Part shown: positions 30,797 through 40,729 of the stretch, one piece after another
How positions within the stretch are numbered: position 1 is the stretch's first letter
How the letters are laid out: each line of letters opens with the position of its first letter
NCBI GenBank assembly: GCA_012036325.1
Contig: JAAUPC010000001.1
Coordinates: 1 to 56,197 of the forward strand
Length of the DNA: 56,197 nt
Source of the DNA: Paracoccaceae bacterium
Lineage (GTDB): Bacteria > Pseudomonadota > Alphaproteobacteria > Rhodobacterales > Rhodobacteraceae
Direction of reading: 5' to 3'
The notes under the pieces: model-generated
The model's database searches: none
What the model was told of the DNA's origin: nothing
The model's input: the letters and a program-made list of their open reading frames with translations, nothing else
Position numbers and translations under genes: made by a program

Positions 30797-32395
30797 TTAG
30801 GGCATCAGCATGCCGCGCAGGGTGAAAAACAGCAGTGCAGACAAGATAGCCGTTGCAGGCACCGTGATGACCCATGCCGCAAAGATGCGGATCATCAAGG
30901 AACGGTTCACGATATCGCGCTTGTGTGCGCGGGCGAGCGCCTTGCGGTCAGCCTTGCCCAACAACGTCGGCGCTCCCATCCGGTTGCGGGCCTTCAGGTC
31001 CGAAAGCATAGCTTTGCGCGCGCCGAAGGGCGTTGCGTGAAACCGTGCAATGAAGGCTTCTGCACTTGCCGTGTCGCCCTCGGGGTGGTTGGCCCGGATT
31101 TCGCTCAGAATAGCCGCATGACGCGCCTTCAGCACCTCGCGCAGGAAGCCGACGCCCAGAACCGCGCCCACCGTGACCTGCGTGGTCGAGATCGGCATGC
31201 CCAGCTGGCTGGCGACGATCACCGTCAGCGTCGCAGACATGGCGATGCACCAGGCGCGCATCGCATCCAGATTGGTCAGTTCATCCCCCACCGTCCGGAT
31301 GACACGCGGGCCAAAGGTCAACAGTCCGATGGCAAGGCCAAGCGCACCCAGCAACATCACCCACATCGGGATCCCTGCCTTGCCGTGGAATTCACCGGTG
31401 CTCAGCGCATCGACGATTCCCGCCAGCGGCCCGATGGCATTGGCCACGTCGTTCGATCCATGCGCGAAGGACAAGGCCCCCGCCGCCATGATCAGCGGAA
31501 TGCCCAGCAGGCTGTTTACCCCGGACTTTGAATTCTCGATCCCGGTGACCCGGCGCCCAACATAGGCGCGCATCATTGCCCAGACGACCAGCGCCAACGC
31601 CAGCCCGCCCAGCACGGCCCCGGTCAGCGACACGTCGACCACCTTGGACAGGCCTTTCATCAGCAAATAGGTTGTAAAGGCCCAAGCCATCGCCGCCGCC
31701 AAAAGCGGCACCCCGCGCTTGGCCGAGGCGATGAGGTCGGGCTGATAGGTGATGCCGCGCTTGACGACATAAAGGCAGGCCGCTGCCATTGCCGCCCCGA
31801 ACAAGGGCGAGATGATCCAGGACGCAGCGATATTGCCCATGACGCCCCAGTCGACAATTCCCACCCCGGCTGCCGCGATGCCGGCCCCCAGCACGCCACC
31901 CACAATCGAATGCGTGGTCGAAACAGGGGCGCCAACCATTGTGGCCAGGTTCAGCCACAAGGCTGCCGCCAACAAGGCTGCCAGCATCGCCCAGACATAT
32001 GTTTCAGTGGACGGGATCAGCGATGGGTCGATGATGCCAGAGCGGATGGTGCCCAACACTTCGCCCCCGGCGATGATTGCGCCAGCCGCTTCACAAACCG
32101 CCGCCATGACAAGTGCGGCCCCGATGGGCATCACCCGCGCACCCACCGTAGGTCCGACGTTATTGGCGACGTCATTCGCACCGATGTTGAGCGCCATGTA
32201 ACCGCCGAACCCAGCCGCCAGCGCCAACAACAGGGCGGCCTCTCCGCCCCCTGTCGCCGCATAGACGGCCGCCGCGATCAGAAAGGCGGCGGAGACAACC
32301 AGCCGCAGGATAAGAGCACGATTGAAACGCAACGGTCCCTGAAGGCTCGCCTCCGACGAGTGACCGCCCATGTTGGGTAAAGCATGCGATTGCAT
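30797..32395 (-). CDS. pit: PiT-family inorganic phosphate transporter
   Basis: GANDVAN, PVSTTHS, HGSNDVANA and PISTTQ signatures. Confidence 0.93.
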   Translation of the reverse strand: MQSHALPNMGGHSSEASLQGPLRFNRALILRLVVSAAFLIAAAVYAATGGGEAALLLALAAGFGGYMALNIGANDVANNVGPTVGARVMPIGAALVMAAVCEAAGAIIAGGEVLGTIRSGIIDPSLIPSTETYVWAMLAALLAAALWLNLATMVGAPVSTTHSIVGGVLGAGIAAAGVGIVDWGVMGNIAASWIISPLFGAAMAAACLYVVKRGITYQPDLIASAKRGVPLLAAAMAWAFTTYLLMKGLSKVVDVSLTGAVLGGLALALVVWAMMRAYVGRRVTGIENSKSGVNSLLGIPLIMAAGALSFAHGSNDVANAIGPLAGIVDALSTGEFHGKAGIPMWVMLLGALGLAIGLLTFGPRVIRTVGDELTNLDAMRAWCIAMSATLTVIVASQLGMPISTTQVTVGAVLGVGFLREVLKARHAAILSEIRANHPEGDTASAEAFIARFHATPFGARKAMLSDLKARNRMGAPTLLGKADRKALARAHKRDIVNRSLMIRIFAAWVITVPATAILSALLFFTLRGMLMP

Positions 32396-32424
32396 GGTAA
32401 TCTCCCTTTCAAGGATTGACGGTG

Positions 32425-33234
32425 TCAGGCGGCAAGCGCGTATGAGCGGGCGACGGGGATGGCTTCGGCCAGTTGCAGACGGCGCAAGGCAGGCAGAAAC
32501 CGGTTGTGTCGGCTGACCAGCCCAAGGGCTGCCATGCCGACGCAGTACTTCGAACAGCTTTTGGTCGGATGCAGGTGTTCGGCCCGCAGGATCTTGTCCG
32601 CGATGCCGTTGCCGCGCGCCGACTTGGTTTCGAGGATGAACATGTCAGGTGCCGCCTCGCGCATCGCATTGGCCGCGCGGAACGCCATCCGCGTGTCGAT
32701 GGTCATCCGCTCGCCGCCTTCCCGCGCGACCAGCGTGATGCGTTCATACTCCATGCCGATCACAGGCATCAGGCTCCGGCCCAAGGGCGTGCCGTACATT
32801 TCGGTATGGCACGCGTCGATGAAGGCAAGGCCTTCGTCGCACAACCCGCGCGACGGCTGTGCTAGCTTCAGCCGCTTTTTCACCGTCGCATCGCGGATGT
32901 CCTTCAGCTTGACCTCAAGATAGCTGAAGCCCGCGTCGACATAATTGCGGATCCTCACCTTGCACCGCTTGCGGCGGCCCTGGTGATGATCGTGATAGGC
33001 ATGGGCGCCTTCGTCATCGAAGTATTCGGTGGCATAGGTGAATGCGCGCTTGCCGCTGATTTCCAGCACGTCGAACAGTTCGCCGAACCGCTGGAACGCC
33101 GGCAAAAGGCGGTCTGCCGGGACGATGTACTTGTTGTCCAGCCGCTCCAGCATGGCGGCTTTGGCATTCAGCCCCTCCAGCGAGATCGTGTCAAAGCTGC
33201 TCAGGGACTGTGCGATACGGGTATCCATTTTCAT
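32425..33234 (-). CDS. VTC-domain (polyphosphate polymerase-like, CYTH/TTM fold) protein
   Basis: RLDNKY, YFD, KVRIRNY, LEVK, YERITL, RMTID, ILETK and SKY motifs. Confidence 0.88.
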   Translation of the reverse strand: MKMDTRIAQSLSSFDTISLEGLNAKAAMLERLDNKYIVPADRLLPAFQRFGELFDVLEISGKRAFTYATEYFDDEGAHAYHDHHQGRRKRCKVRIRNYVDAGFSYLEVKLKDIRDATVKKRLKLAQPSRGLCDEGLAFIDACHTEMYGTPLGRSLMPVIGMEYERITLVAREGGERMTIDTRMAFRAANAMREAAPDMFILETKSARGNGIADKILRAEHLHPTKSCSKYCVGMAALGLVSRHNRFLPALRRLQLAEAIPVARSYALAA

Positions 33235-33263
33235 GTCCTTTCAGAGGGTTGAGGGGGGAGGCG

Positions 33264-34163
33264 TCAGGGTAGGGAAAACAGAACAAACACCGACCGCAGG
33301 TCACCATCGATCTTGTCGTCGCTGACCATCAGGAAGCGGCCGTTGCCCAGATGGGCCAGACCTTCGAAATCGGCATCGACCATGTCGCCCAAGTCGATGG
33401 AAAGCCTGCGCCCTGTACAGGTCGCGGCGGCCTGGCATTCCGTGCGGTCAAGAATGCGCAGGTAGGGGGTCAGGGCATCGGTCTGGTTGTCACGGGTCCG
33501 TTCCAGAAGGAAAAACTGGTCGCCCACACTTTCCATTGCCTTGATGCTGACGGATTCGGGGCCGGTCATATCAATTGCCCACGCACCAGCCTGGACGGTA
33601 TGCACGGTATGCAAGTGGCGCGGCTGACCAAGCTGCGGTTCTTCCGTCATGGCAACGAAACCGGTGACGGGTGTCCAGGCAAGCGCCTCGATCCCGTCCT
33701 TGTCACTTGCCTGCAGGGTCACGTCGCTCACGGCTGCGGGCAATGCTTCATCGCGCAACCACTGGCCGCTGGCGTCAAAGACCGCCAACCGGGCTGCCGC
33801 TTCATCTACGATTGCGACAGTGCCATCGGGCAGCATCGCCGCCGCTTCCGGGTTAGACGTTCCCTTCGGCATCGGTGCGCTATCCGGTCCCAGCAGCACT
33901 TGCAGGGCCGTCACGTCCACACGAGCCAGCCTGTCGCCTGACAGATCAACCGACAGCGTGGCGATGTATCCCCGATCCGAGATTGCAAGCAGGGTTTGGC
34001 GTGCCGGGTCAAACACCAGCGCCGAAAACTCACCAACCTTCTGTCCGGCAACCCGGCTTTCGCCCAGGATCATGACGTCCAGCACCTGCACAGCCTCGGC
34101 ACGGGCGACGGCAGGCCCAAAAACAATCGCCAGAAGCAGGGAGATAGACCGGGGCGCGCTCAT
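33264..34163 (-). CDS. Exported beta-propeller of the phytase-like esterase/SdiA-regulated type
   Basis: Signal peptide (AVARA); EFSAL, AISDRG, NPEA, GIEAL, DFEGL and VSDD repeats. Confidence 0.7.
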   Translation of the reverse strand: MSAPRSISLLLAIVFGPAVARAEAVQVLDVMILGESRVAGQKVGEFSALVFDPARQTLLAISDRGYIATLSVDLSGDRLARVDVTALQVLLGPDSAPMPKGTSNPEAAAMLPDGTVAIVDEAAARLAVFDASGQWLRDEALPAAVSDVTLQASDKDGIEALAWTPVTGFVAMTEEPQLGQPRHLHTVHTVQAGAWAIDMTGPESVSIKAMESVGDQFFLLERTRDNQTDALTPYLRILDRTECQAAATCTGRRLSIDLGDMVDADFEGLAHLGNGRFLMVSDDKIDGDLRSVFVLFSLP

Positions 34164-34732
34164 TTGCGGTAGAACACGTTGATCTGCGCCATGTCGGTGA
34201 TGTAGTTCAGCGCGACGATCTGATAGCTCATCACCTGAACGCCCAGGCGGGTCGACAACGCGGTCCTCATCTTGGCCGGGTCCGACAAGGCATCCGGGTC
34301 AATCTTGTCGAGCGTGACCTTGATCCCGTCGACCGATTTCAGGATGCGCGGGTGGTCAAAGATGAACGCTCCCAGGAGGACCAACCCGACGACAAACCCC
34401 ACAAACGGCAGTGTGGTCCCCTGGATCGAACAGATCACGGCGATAGAGATGGACCCGAAGAAATAGGTGATCTCGATTTTGGAAATCTGTTCCGACCGCA
34501 GAGTGAACAGCGCAAGGATGGCGAAGAGGCCGAAACCGGCCGCCAGCGAAAACTCAACTGACCCAAGGATCGACAGAACTCCGAAGGCAAAGATGTTGAA
34601 CAGCGACGCAGCGGTGACCAGTTCCTTGTCCCGGTAGCGCAAGTAGAACATGCCGTAGATCAGTACCGTCATGGCTGTGATATTGATCCCGAAGCGCAGG
34701 ATCAGCCCGATGTCAATGAAGTCGAATGTCAT
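34160..34732 (-). CDS. DUF4956 membrane protein
   Basis: AGFGLFAILALFTLRS motif; several TMs plus a small cytoplasmic C-domain; usual partner of bacterial VTC genes. Confidence 0.85.
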   Translation of the reverse strand: MTFDFIDIGLILRFGINITAMTVLIYGMFYLRYRDKELVTAASLFNIFAFGVLSILGSVEFSLAAGFGLFAILALFTLRSEQISKIEITYFFGSISIAVICSIQGTTLPFVGFVVGLVLLGAFIFDHPRILKSVDGIKVTLDKIDPDALSDPAKMRTALSTRLGVQVMSYQIVALNYITDMAQINVFYRK

Positions 34733-34818
34733 TTGGTTCCTCGCAGTCATGGCGCGGGGCAACAGCCCGGTGATGCGAGAAGCCTAGTTGGCAGGAATGG
34801 CCGCGAACTTGCGCCAAG

Positions 34819-34858
34819 GTTACAGAATTCTAACAGAACGATGAAAGCGGCATGAAGT
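34819..34858 (-). promoter_or_regulatory. Four-unit Pho-box-like array upstream of the DUF4956-VTC operon
   Basis: Minus strand ACTTCAT-GCCG-CTTTCAT-CGTT-CTGTTAG-AATT-CTGTAAC, 11-nt period. Confidence 0.65.
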
Positions 34859-35021
34859 ACTCAGACATCGGTGGGCCGCTCCGGGCGGAGCGTTGCAAAC
34901 CTCTATGGATCAGCCGCTTGCCTTCAGCTTTGACTGCCGAGACCACACATCAGTGTAAGATTCGACATCGGTGGTGGGGGGCCAGATCTGGTCCGCTGGC
35001 ACCTTGATTGCACCCATCTGC

Positions 35022-37731
35022 CTACATCACAAAGCCGCAGTCCTTGACCGGCGTCCGCGTGTCCATGTTTCGGCCGCGGTTCAAGTGGTCGTCGATTTCA
35101 GCCACGGCACCAATCATCCGACCGAAGAGGAAGATGGTGAAGGCTGCCGTTTCCATTCGCTGTTGCGACAGGGCGCCAGAGCGGCGGTCGTTCCACAGCA
35201 TACCCAGCAACAGCGCCGCGATCACTGCATCGACGTTGACACAGAACACAGTCGGCGTGGCGCCTGTGCGTTTCAGCGCAAGGACAAGTTCGCTGTAGAA
35301 CGCCAGAAACACGTTGTATTCGCCATGTGCTTCCAGGTCATCGGCGACAAAACGCGCGCGCGGGTCGATGTTTACTGGCTTGCCGCGAAACACCGGGTGG
35401 TTGACGCCGGGAATGGCTCGCGGCTCGCGGCCCTCGTCTTTGGCAACCGCCTTTTCGCGTTTGAAGCTGGTTGCAAAGCGGGTCGCCATGGCAGTCAGGT
35501 CCAGCCCATGGTCTGGGTTGGCGGGATCGGTCAGACCGCTGCCAGCGAACTGCTCCATAAGAAAGGCGATGCCTTCAAAGCCATTGCCGCCGTGACTATA
35601 GCCGGAATGGGTCAGAAACCCCATCATGGCCTTGTTGATCTGCACGCGCTCAGGCGTTTGCGGCCCATCGGCCGAGACCGCACCCTTGGCCCCCTGCGCC
35701 GTGATCGCGCCCGGACCGTTCGAGATCAGCAAGCCCGACAGGCGCGCGATCTGCCGCGCCTCGGCGGCCATTGCGTGCCGACCGGTCAGGGCCAGAAACA
35801 TCAGATCGGACGCGGTGGCTGATCGGTAAAGATCGCGGCGCGCAACGCCGCAGAACTGCCCGGCGCGATGCCCGCTTGCCGGAACGCTGGCGGCGATCAT
35901 CACCCCATAAAGCCGCAGATACCAGGGCAGCACCTCGGCTGACAACCGGCTGACACGCTTGCGCCGCAAGGGCCCCAGACCAGTGTGGTGGTAATCGCAG
36001 CCAGCACGGCATCCCGCGAAAGGGGCGCCCCAAGACTTCGCAGATAGTCCACGAAAACCGATTTGGCCCCCCGCGCCTCCAGCCCGTCCAAAAGGGCCGC
36101 CGCCCGGGGATCGCCCTGATCCGCGTCGCTGGCCAGAAACAGGCGTCGCGCCGCCTCATCTGCCTTGACCTCGCCCAGGTCAAAGGCGCTGTCGGTGCCG
36201 TCACGCAGCGAGGTTGGAGCAAACAGCGCGATCAGCGCCCGTACACAGGCCAAGGCGCGATCAACCCGCACCGGACCGGTCAAAGCCGCCGCCACCGCCA
36301 GCACCGCGTTAGGCGCATTCCCTGCATCCCGCGCGCCATCGGCGGCGGCAAGGATCGGGTCACCTTCCAGATCGGTTTCGCCCATCAGGGCCAGATCCAT
36401 CAAGAGATCGCCATTCGCATCCGCCAGATCATGCGTCAGCGGCAGGGCCAGCATCGTGCTGACCGACCGCTGCGCCAAAGCCAGCACCGAATGGCCGTGG
36501 ACGCTGGTCACCTGCGTCGTCTCATCCAGCTGGGTCGCGCCCGAGCGGTCCTTCATGCCCTGACGCGCGATCACCGCGCCAATCTGCCCGGCAAGACCTG
36601 CGATCTGGCTGGCATAAGGCTCGGGCGCCTCCACCACCGGCAGGGCGATATGCGCAGGCAGGGTCAGCCCCTGATCGTTCGCGATCCAGGGCTTCAGGGC
36701 CAGTGACCCGCTGGGCGCAAAATCCGGAGCGGTGCCGTTCAGGGCCATCACGGCTGTCAGCGCAGCCGGGATATCCGCGATATTGGTCACCAGCGCGCCC
36801 TTGGCCGAGGCATGCGGCGTGGCTTGGGTAAAGATGCCCGCTGTGCCAAAGGCCTGCAAGAACCAGCGCTCCTTGTCCTCGGCGGCATCGCCGTCGCCCG
36901 CCATGGCGCCGGCATGGCCGACAGGGCGGGTCAGCCTGGATTTCCAGCGCCCGACCACACAAGCGACGACCGGCTTTTGCCAATCGATCGCCTCTTCGTA
37001 ATAGCCGCCCGGTTCGGCATAAAGGACGGCCGCCTTGCTGCGCGTGTCGTTCTGAAAGGCAATGGCGAAATCGCGCGCCGAATACTGGATGTAGACATCC
37101 TTTCCCGACGAGACGAGCGTCGTCGTCCCCCAGCCCGCCGTTGCCATGTAGCGCGCGATGGTCGTGGTGAACCCGCCCGAGTTGGAATAGACGGCGACCG
37201 AGCCCTTGATCAGCGACTCGTCCGGGCTGTCGCCACCCAGTGCGCCGCCGATCCGCACGCGGTTCCAGCTATCGGCGACACCCAGGCAGTTGCCACCGAT
37301 CACGTCGATGCCATTGCCCTGCGCCATGGCCCGGATTTCCCGCGCGTCGTGGACGGCAATCTTCTCGGTGACGATGACGATCTTCTTCAGGTCAGGATTG
37401 ACGCGGATCAGCTCGGCCACACCGTCGCGCACGCCTGCTGGCGGCAGATAGACAACCCCGGTGTCAAAGCCGTGGCCCGCGCGCAGACCCTCCAGCACCG
37501 AGTTGAAGACCGGAATATCGCCCAACGCGGTGGCCAGCACTTGCCCGGACCGCCCTGGAGACGTGCCAAACGCCACATTGCCGCCGGAAAAAGCATGGCT
37601 GACCGGCGTGACAAGGCGGCTTTCACCGCCCAGGATGTTCAGGACACAGACCCGGTCCGCCCTTGTGGCGACCTGGTCCAGATGTCGATGCCCAGATACC
37701 AGGGCAGCCCGGCTACTCGATTGCGGCGCAT
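35022..37731 (-). CDS. aclA: ATP-citrate lyase-like alpha subunit (~900 aa: CoA-binding, phospho-His, citryl-CoA lyase domains), frameshifts near 37682 and 35968
   Basis: DRVCVLNILGGES, IGGNCLG, SNSGG, catalytic VGHAGA, and C-terminal HGGNG, IPGVNHP, DPR, NVD and GRMIG, joined across three frames. Confidence 0.8.
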
Positions 37732-37740
37732 GGCGATCCT

Positions 37741-39014
37741 CTAGAGTGTGATGTTCATGGCGCGGGCAATGGCTGCACGTCCGCCGGTCTGCATCCAGCT
37801 GTCGATGTCGCGCGCATAGGTGACGACCTCGGAAATCGCGCTGTCAAAGCCGAAAAAGCGGTAAGGCACCCCCAGGCTGTCCAGCGTATCGGACAGATTG
37901 CTCATGCCGCGCACCAGGTTCGGCCCGCCCCGCCCCACCACGACATACAAGGGCACTGGCCCCGACGTTGCAAACTGCTCGCGCAGGGCGTCGCCGATCC
38001 CCCGGAAGGTTTCCAGTATGTCAGTGTTGTTCGACTTGCCGCCGATGATGAACAGCACGTTGGTCTGCTTCAGAAAGTGCCGGAAACAGATGCCTGCGAC
38101 GGCCTTCATCTTCTCAGAAGGTGGGTTTCCCCCGAAGTCAGACGAGATGATGGCGCGGTCGCCCAGCACCTCGGTCACCAGGCTGTTGGCCCCGCCTCCA
38201 AAGGTCGGCGCCAGAATCGTGCCAGCCGGGTTGATGACAAAGACATCCGACTGGCCTGATGCGTGCGCAGAAGGTTCACCTCGCGCTCGAACTCTGACAG
38301 ATCGGCCGCGAACAGCCAGGACGGCAGGCCCAGCCGGCTGACTCGCGGATCGTCGCGGTCAAAGCTGCATTTGAAATCGCAGGCGATGGGCACAAGGCGC
38401 CCGTCCGCTCCTCGCGCCATGCGGATCGGGTTCAGCTCCAGCGTGGTCATCCCATAGTGATGCACCAGCTCCCAAAGCTTGGGCAGATACTGGGTCAAGG
38501 GCGAGATCAGCTCTTTCGGCGCGCCAATGTCGGTCAGGGCATTGGCCACCACAAAGGCCTTGAGGCCAGTCAGCGCGTCAAACGGCACATTGGCAATCTC
38601 AGACCTGTCCAGATCCTCGATATCAACGCCGCCGCGATGGGTCAGGGTCATCGTCGGCGCGCGGAAACGGGTGTCATCGCTGATCGAGAAATAGACCTCG
38701 TGATCCGCCGGGACGGCCCCCTCGAACGTGACACCCAGCGCCTTGGCTGCCATGTTGCCATGCCGGTGTTCGGCGAAATACAGCCGCTCCTTCTCGGCCA
38801 GGGCGGTGCGCAGATCGCGCGCCCTACCGATCAGGCCCGCCTTGCCCTTTTTGCCGACACCGCCCCGGAACATCGGCTTGACGAACACCTGCCCATGCCG
38901 GTCGATCAAGTCCTGGATCTGGTCTTCCGACGCATCAGGTCCCAAGACTTCAGACACCGGAAAGCCGACATGGCTTAGCAGGCGCGCGCCCATCAGCATT
39001 CCGGCAACTTGCAT
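37741..39014 (-). CDS. aclB: ATP-citrate lyase-like beta subunit (ATP-grasp plus citrate-binding domain), frameshift near 38258
   Basis: FVKPMF..GKKGKAGL and LELNP; restored frame reads QGQSDVFVINP..PTFGGGA, DFGGNP, IGGKSNNTD and GRGGPN. Confidence 0.8.
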
Positions 39015-39062
39015 GGTCCTGGCCTCTTTGTGGGTCTGTTGCGGTTTCGGTTCGCGGCAAGG

Positions 39063-39669
39063 TCAGTCTGGCGGGTCGAGGTCCATCTCGCCCGCGCGAT
39101 AATTGAACAGTTCCAGCCGGGCGTCACTGCCGGTCGGGTCCATCCGCAGCGAGGTGACACTGGCCGGGGCGGCCGGAATGATCTGGCGTGGGGCAAGGTT
39201 CAGGAACCGCTGCAACAGCGCCCGGATCACACCACCATGGCAGACCGCAAGCAATGTGCCGGAGCGCCCCCCAGCCATCTCGGCCCGGATCGCGGCGGCG
39301 GTCCGGGTGGTGAATTCTTCCCAGACCTCGCCGCCCTCGGGCCGGTGCCGTCCCGGCGCGCCAGCCGGCATAGGCGATCGGCATCGGCGGCGATCAGCTC
39401 GGGAATGGACCGCCCTTGCCAGGCACCCACGTCAATCTCGCGCAAGGCAGGCTCTTGCCGGGCCTCGGGGTGGCCGATCAGCGCGGCGGTGTCGCGGCGC
39501 GCGCCAGGTCTGACGTGATGGCCCGGTCAGGCTGCATCCGCGCAATGACAGGCGCCAAGGCCCGCGCCTGTTCGCGCCCAAGCGTGCTGAGCGGAATGTC
39601 CGCCTGCCCTTGCAGCACGCGGCCCGCGTTCCATTCGGATTGTCCGTGGCGGACGAGAAGGAGCCGCAT
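39063..39669 (-). CDS. Histidine phosphatase (phosphoglycerate mutase family), about three frameshifts
   Basis: LVRHGQSEWN, TSDLARA, LREIDVGAWQG and VCHGGVIR spread over different frames. Confidence 0.85.
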
Positions 39670-40725
39670 CAGGCGATCCTTTCGCCAGCTGTGGTGAACC
39701 AGGCATCGGGCACGTCGGGCAAGCCCAGGTGAACCCGATCACCGACCCTCGCCGCAGGCGGGCGGTCCAGCACCGCCGTCAGCCGCAGGCCATCCGCCAG
39801 CGCCGTGGCCATCGTGCGGCCTGCGATGGTCGAGATCTCGACCATTCCATCGGCAGGGTGCGCGCACCTTCGGTCAGGGCGACGGTCAGGCTCTCGGCCC
39901 GGAACATGGCCAGGCAGTCGTCCACCGGCGGGGTGATGCCCATATGCCGCCCGCCAACCGTCCAGCCCATCCCGTTTTCACCACGGGCACGATGTTGTTC
40001 GGCGGCGTGCCCACAAAGGTTGCGACAAAAGCTGTGGCGGGGTGGTCGATCAGATCCTGCGGGGTGCCGAATTGCTCGATCCGGCCCTTGTTGACCACGG
40101 CGACATGGGTGGCCATCGTCATCGCCTCGATCTGGTCATGCGTCACATAGACCGCCGTCGCCCCGGTCGCCCGGTGCAGGCGCATCAGTTCGGTGCGCAT
40201 TTCCACGCGCAGCTTGGCGTCCAGGTTCGATAGTGGCTCGTCAAACAGCAGGACCCCTGGTTTCGGCGCGATGGTCCGGGCGATGGCCACGCGCTGTTGC
40301 TGCCCGCCCGAGATCTCGTTGGGATAGCGTTCGGCAAGCGGAAGGATCTCCAGCATCGCCAGCACCTCGTCCACCCGCCGGGTGCGGGCGGCGGCATCCA
40401 TCCCGGCCACTTTCAGCGGCCAACCCACATTGCCGCGCACCGTCATGTGCGGCCAGAGCGCGTAGGATTGGAACACCAGACCGGAATTCCGCTTGGCCGG
40501 GTCAACCTGCCATTGCCGGTCACCATCTGATACGGTTTGCCCGTCAAACACGATCTGCCCCGAGGTTGGCAGTTCCAGCCCGGCCAGCATCCGCAGCAGC
40601 GTGGTCTTGCCACAGCCCGAGGGGCCCAGCAGCACCAGAAACGCGCCATCCGGCACCGACAGAGACACATCGCGAACCGCCGCGACGTTGCCGAAGAATT
40701 TGGTCAGGGATTTGAGTTCAAGCAT
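39669..40725 (-). CDS. ABC importer ATPase (FbpC/AfuC/PotA-like), C-terminus frameshifted
   Basis: GPSGCGKT, ISGGQQQRV, FDEPLSNLD and VTHDQ; probable TGA overlaps the phosphatase ATG. Confidence 0.9.
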
Positions 40726-40729
40726 GATG

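Noticed and set aside
34864-34974. 11-bp direct repeat GACATCGGTGG 100 bp apart, between the two cargo operons
   Set aside because: No terminal inverted repeats or transposase; could be chance.
35022-39014. Reading aclAB as proof of rTCA autotrophy, or as succinyl-CoA synthetase/malate thiokinase
   Set aside because: No other rTCA genes are in the window. The citryl-CoA-lyase C-terminus and the GGKSNNTD/RGGPN motifs fit ACL rather than SucCD/MtkAB.
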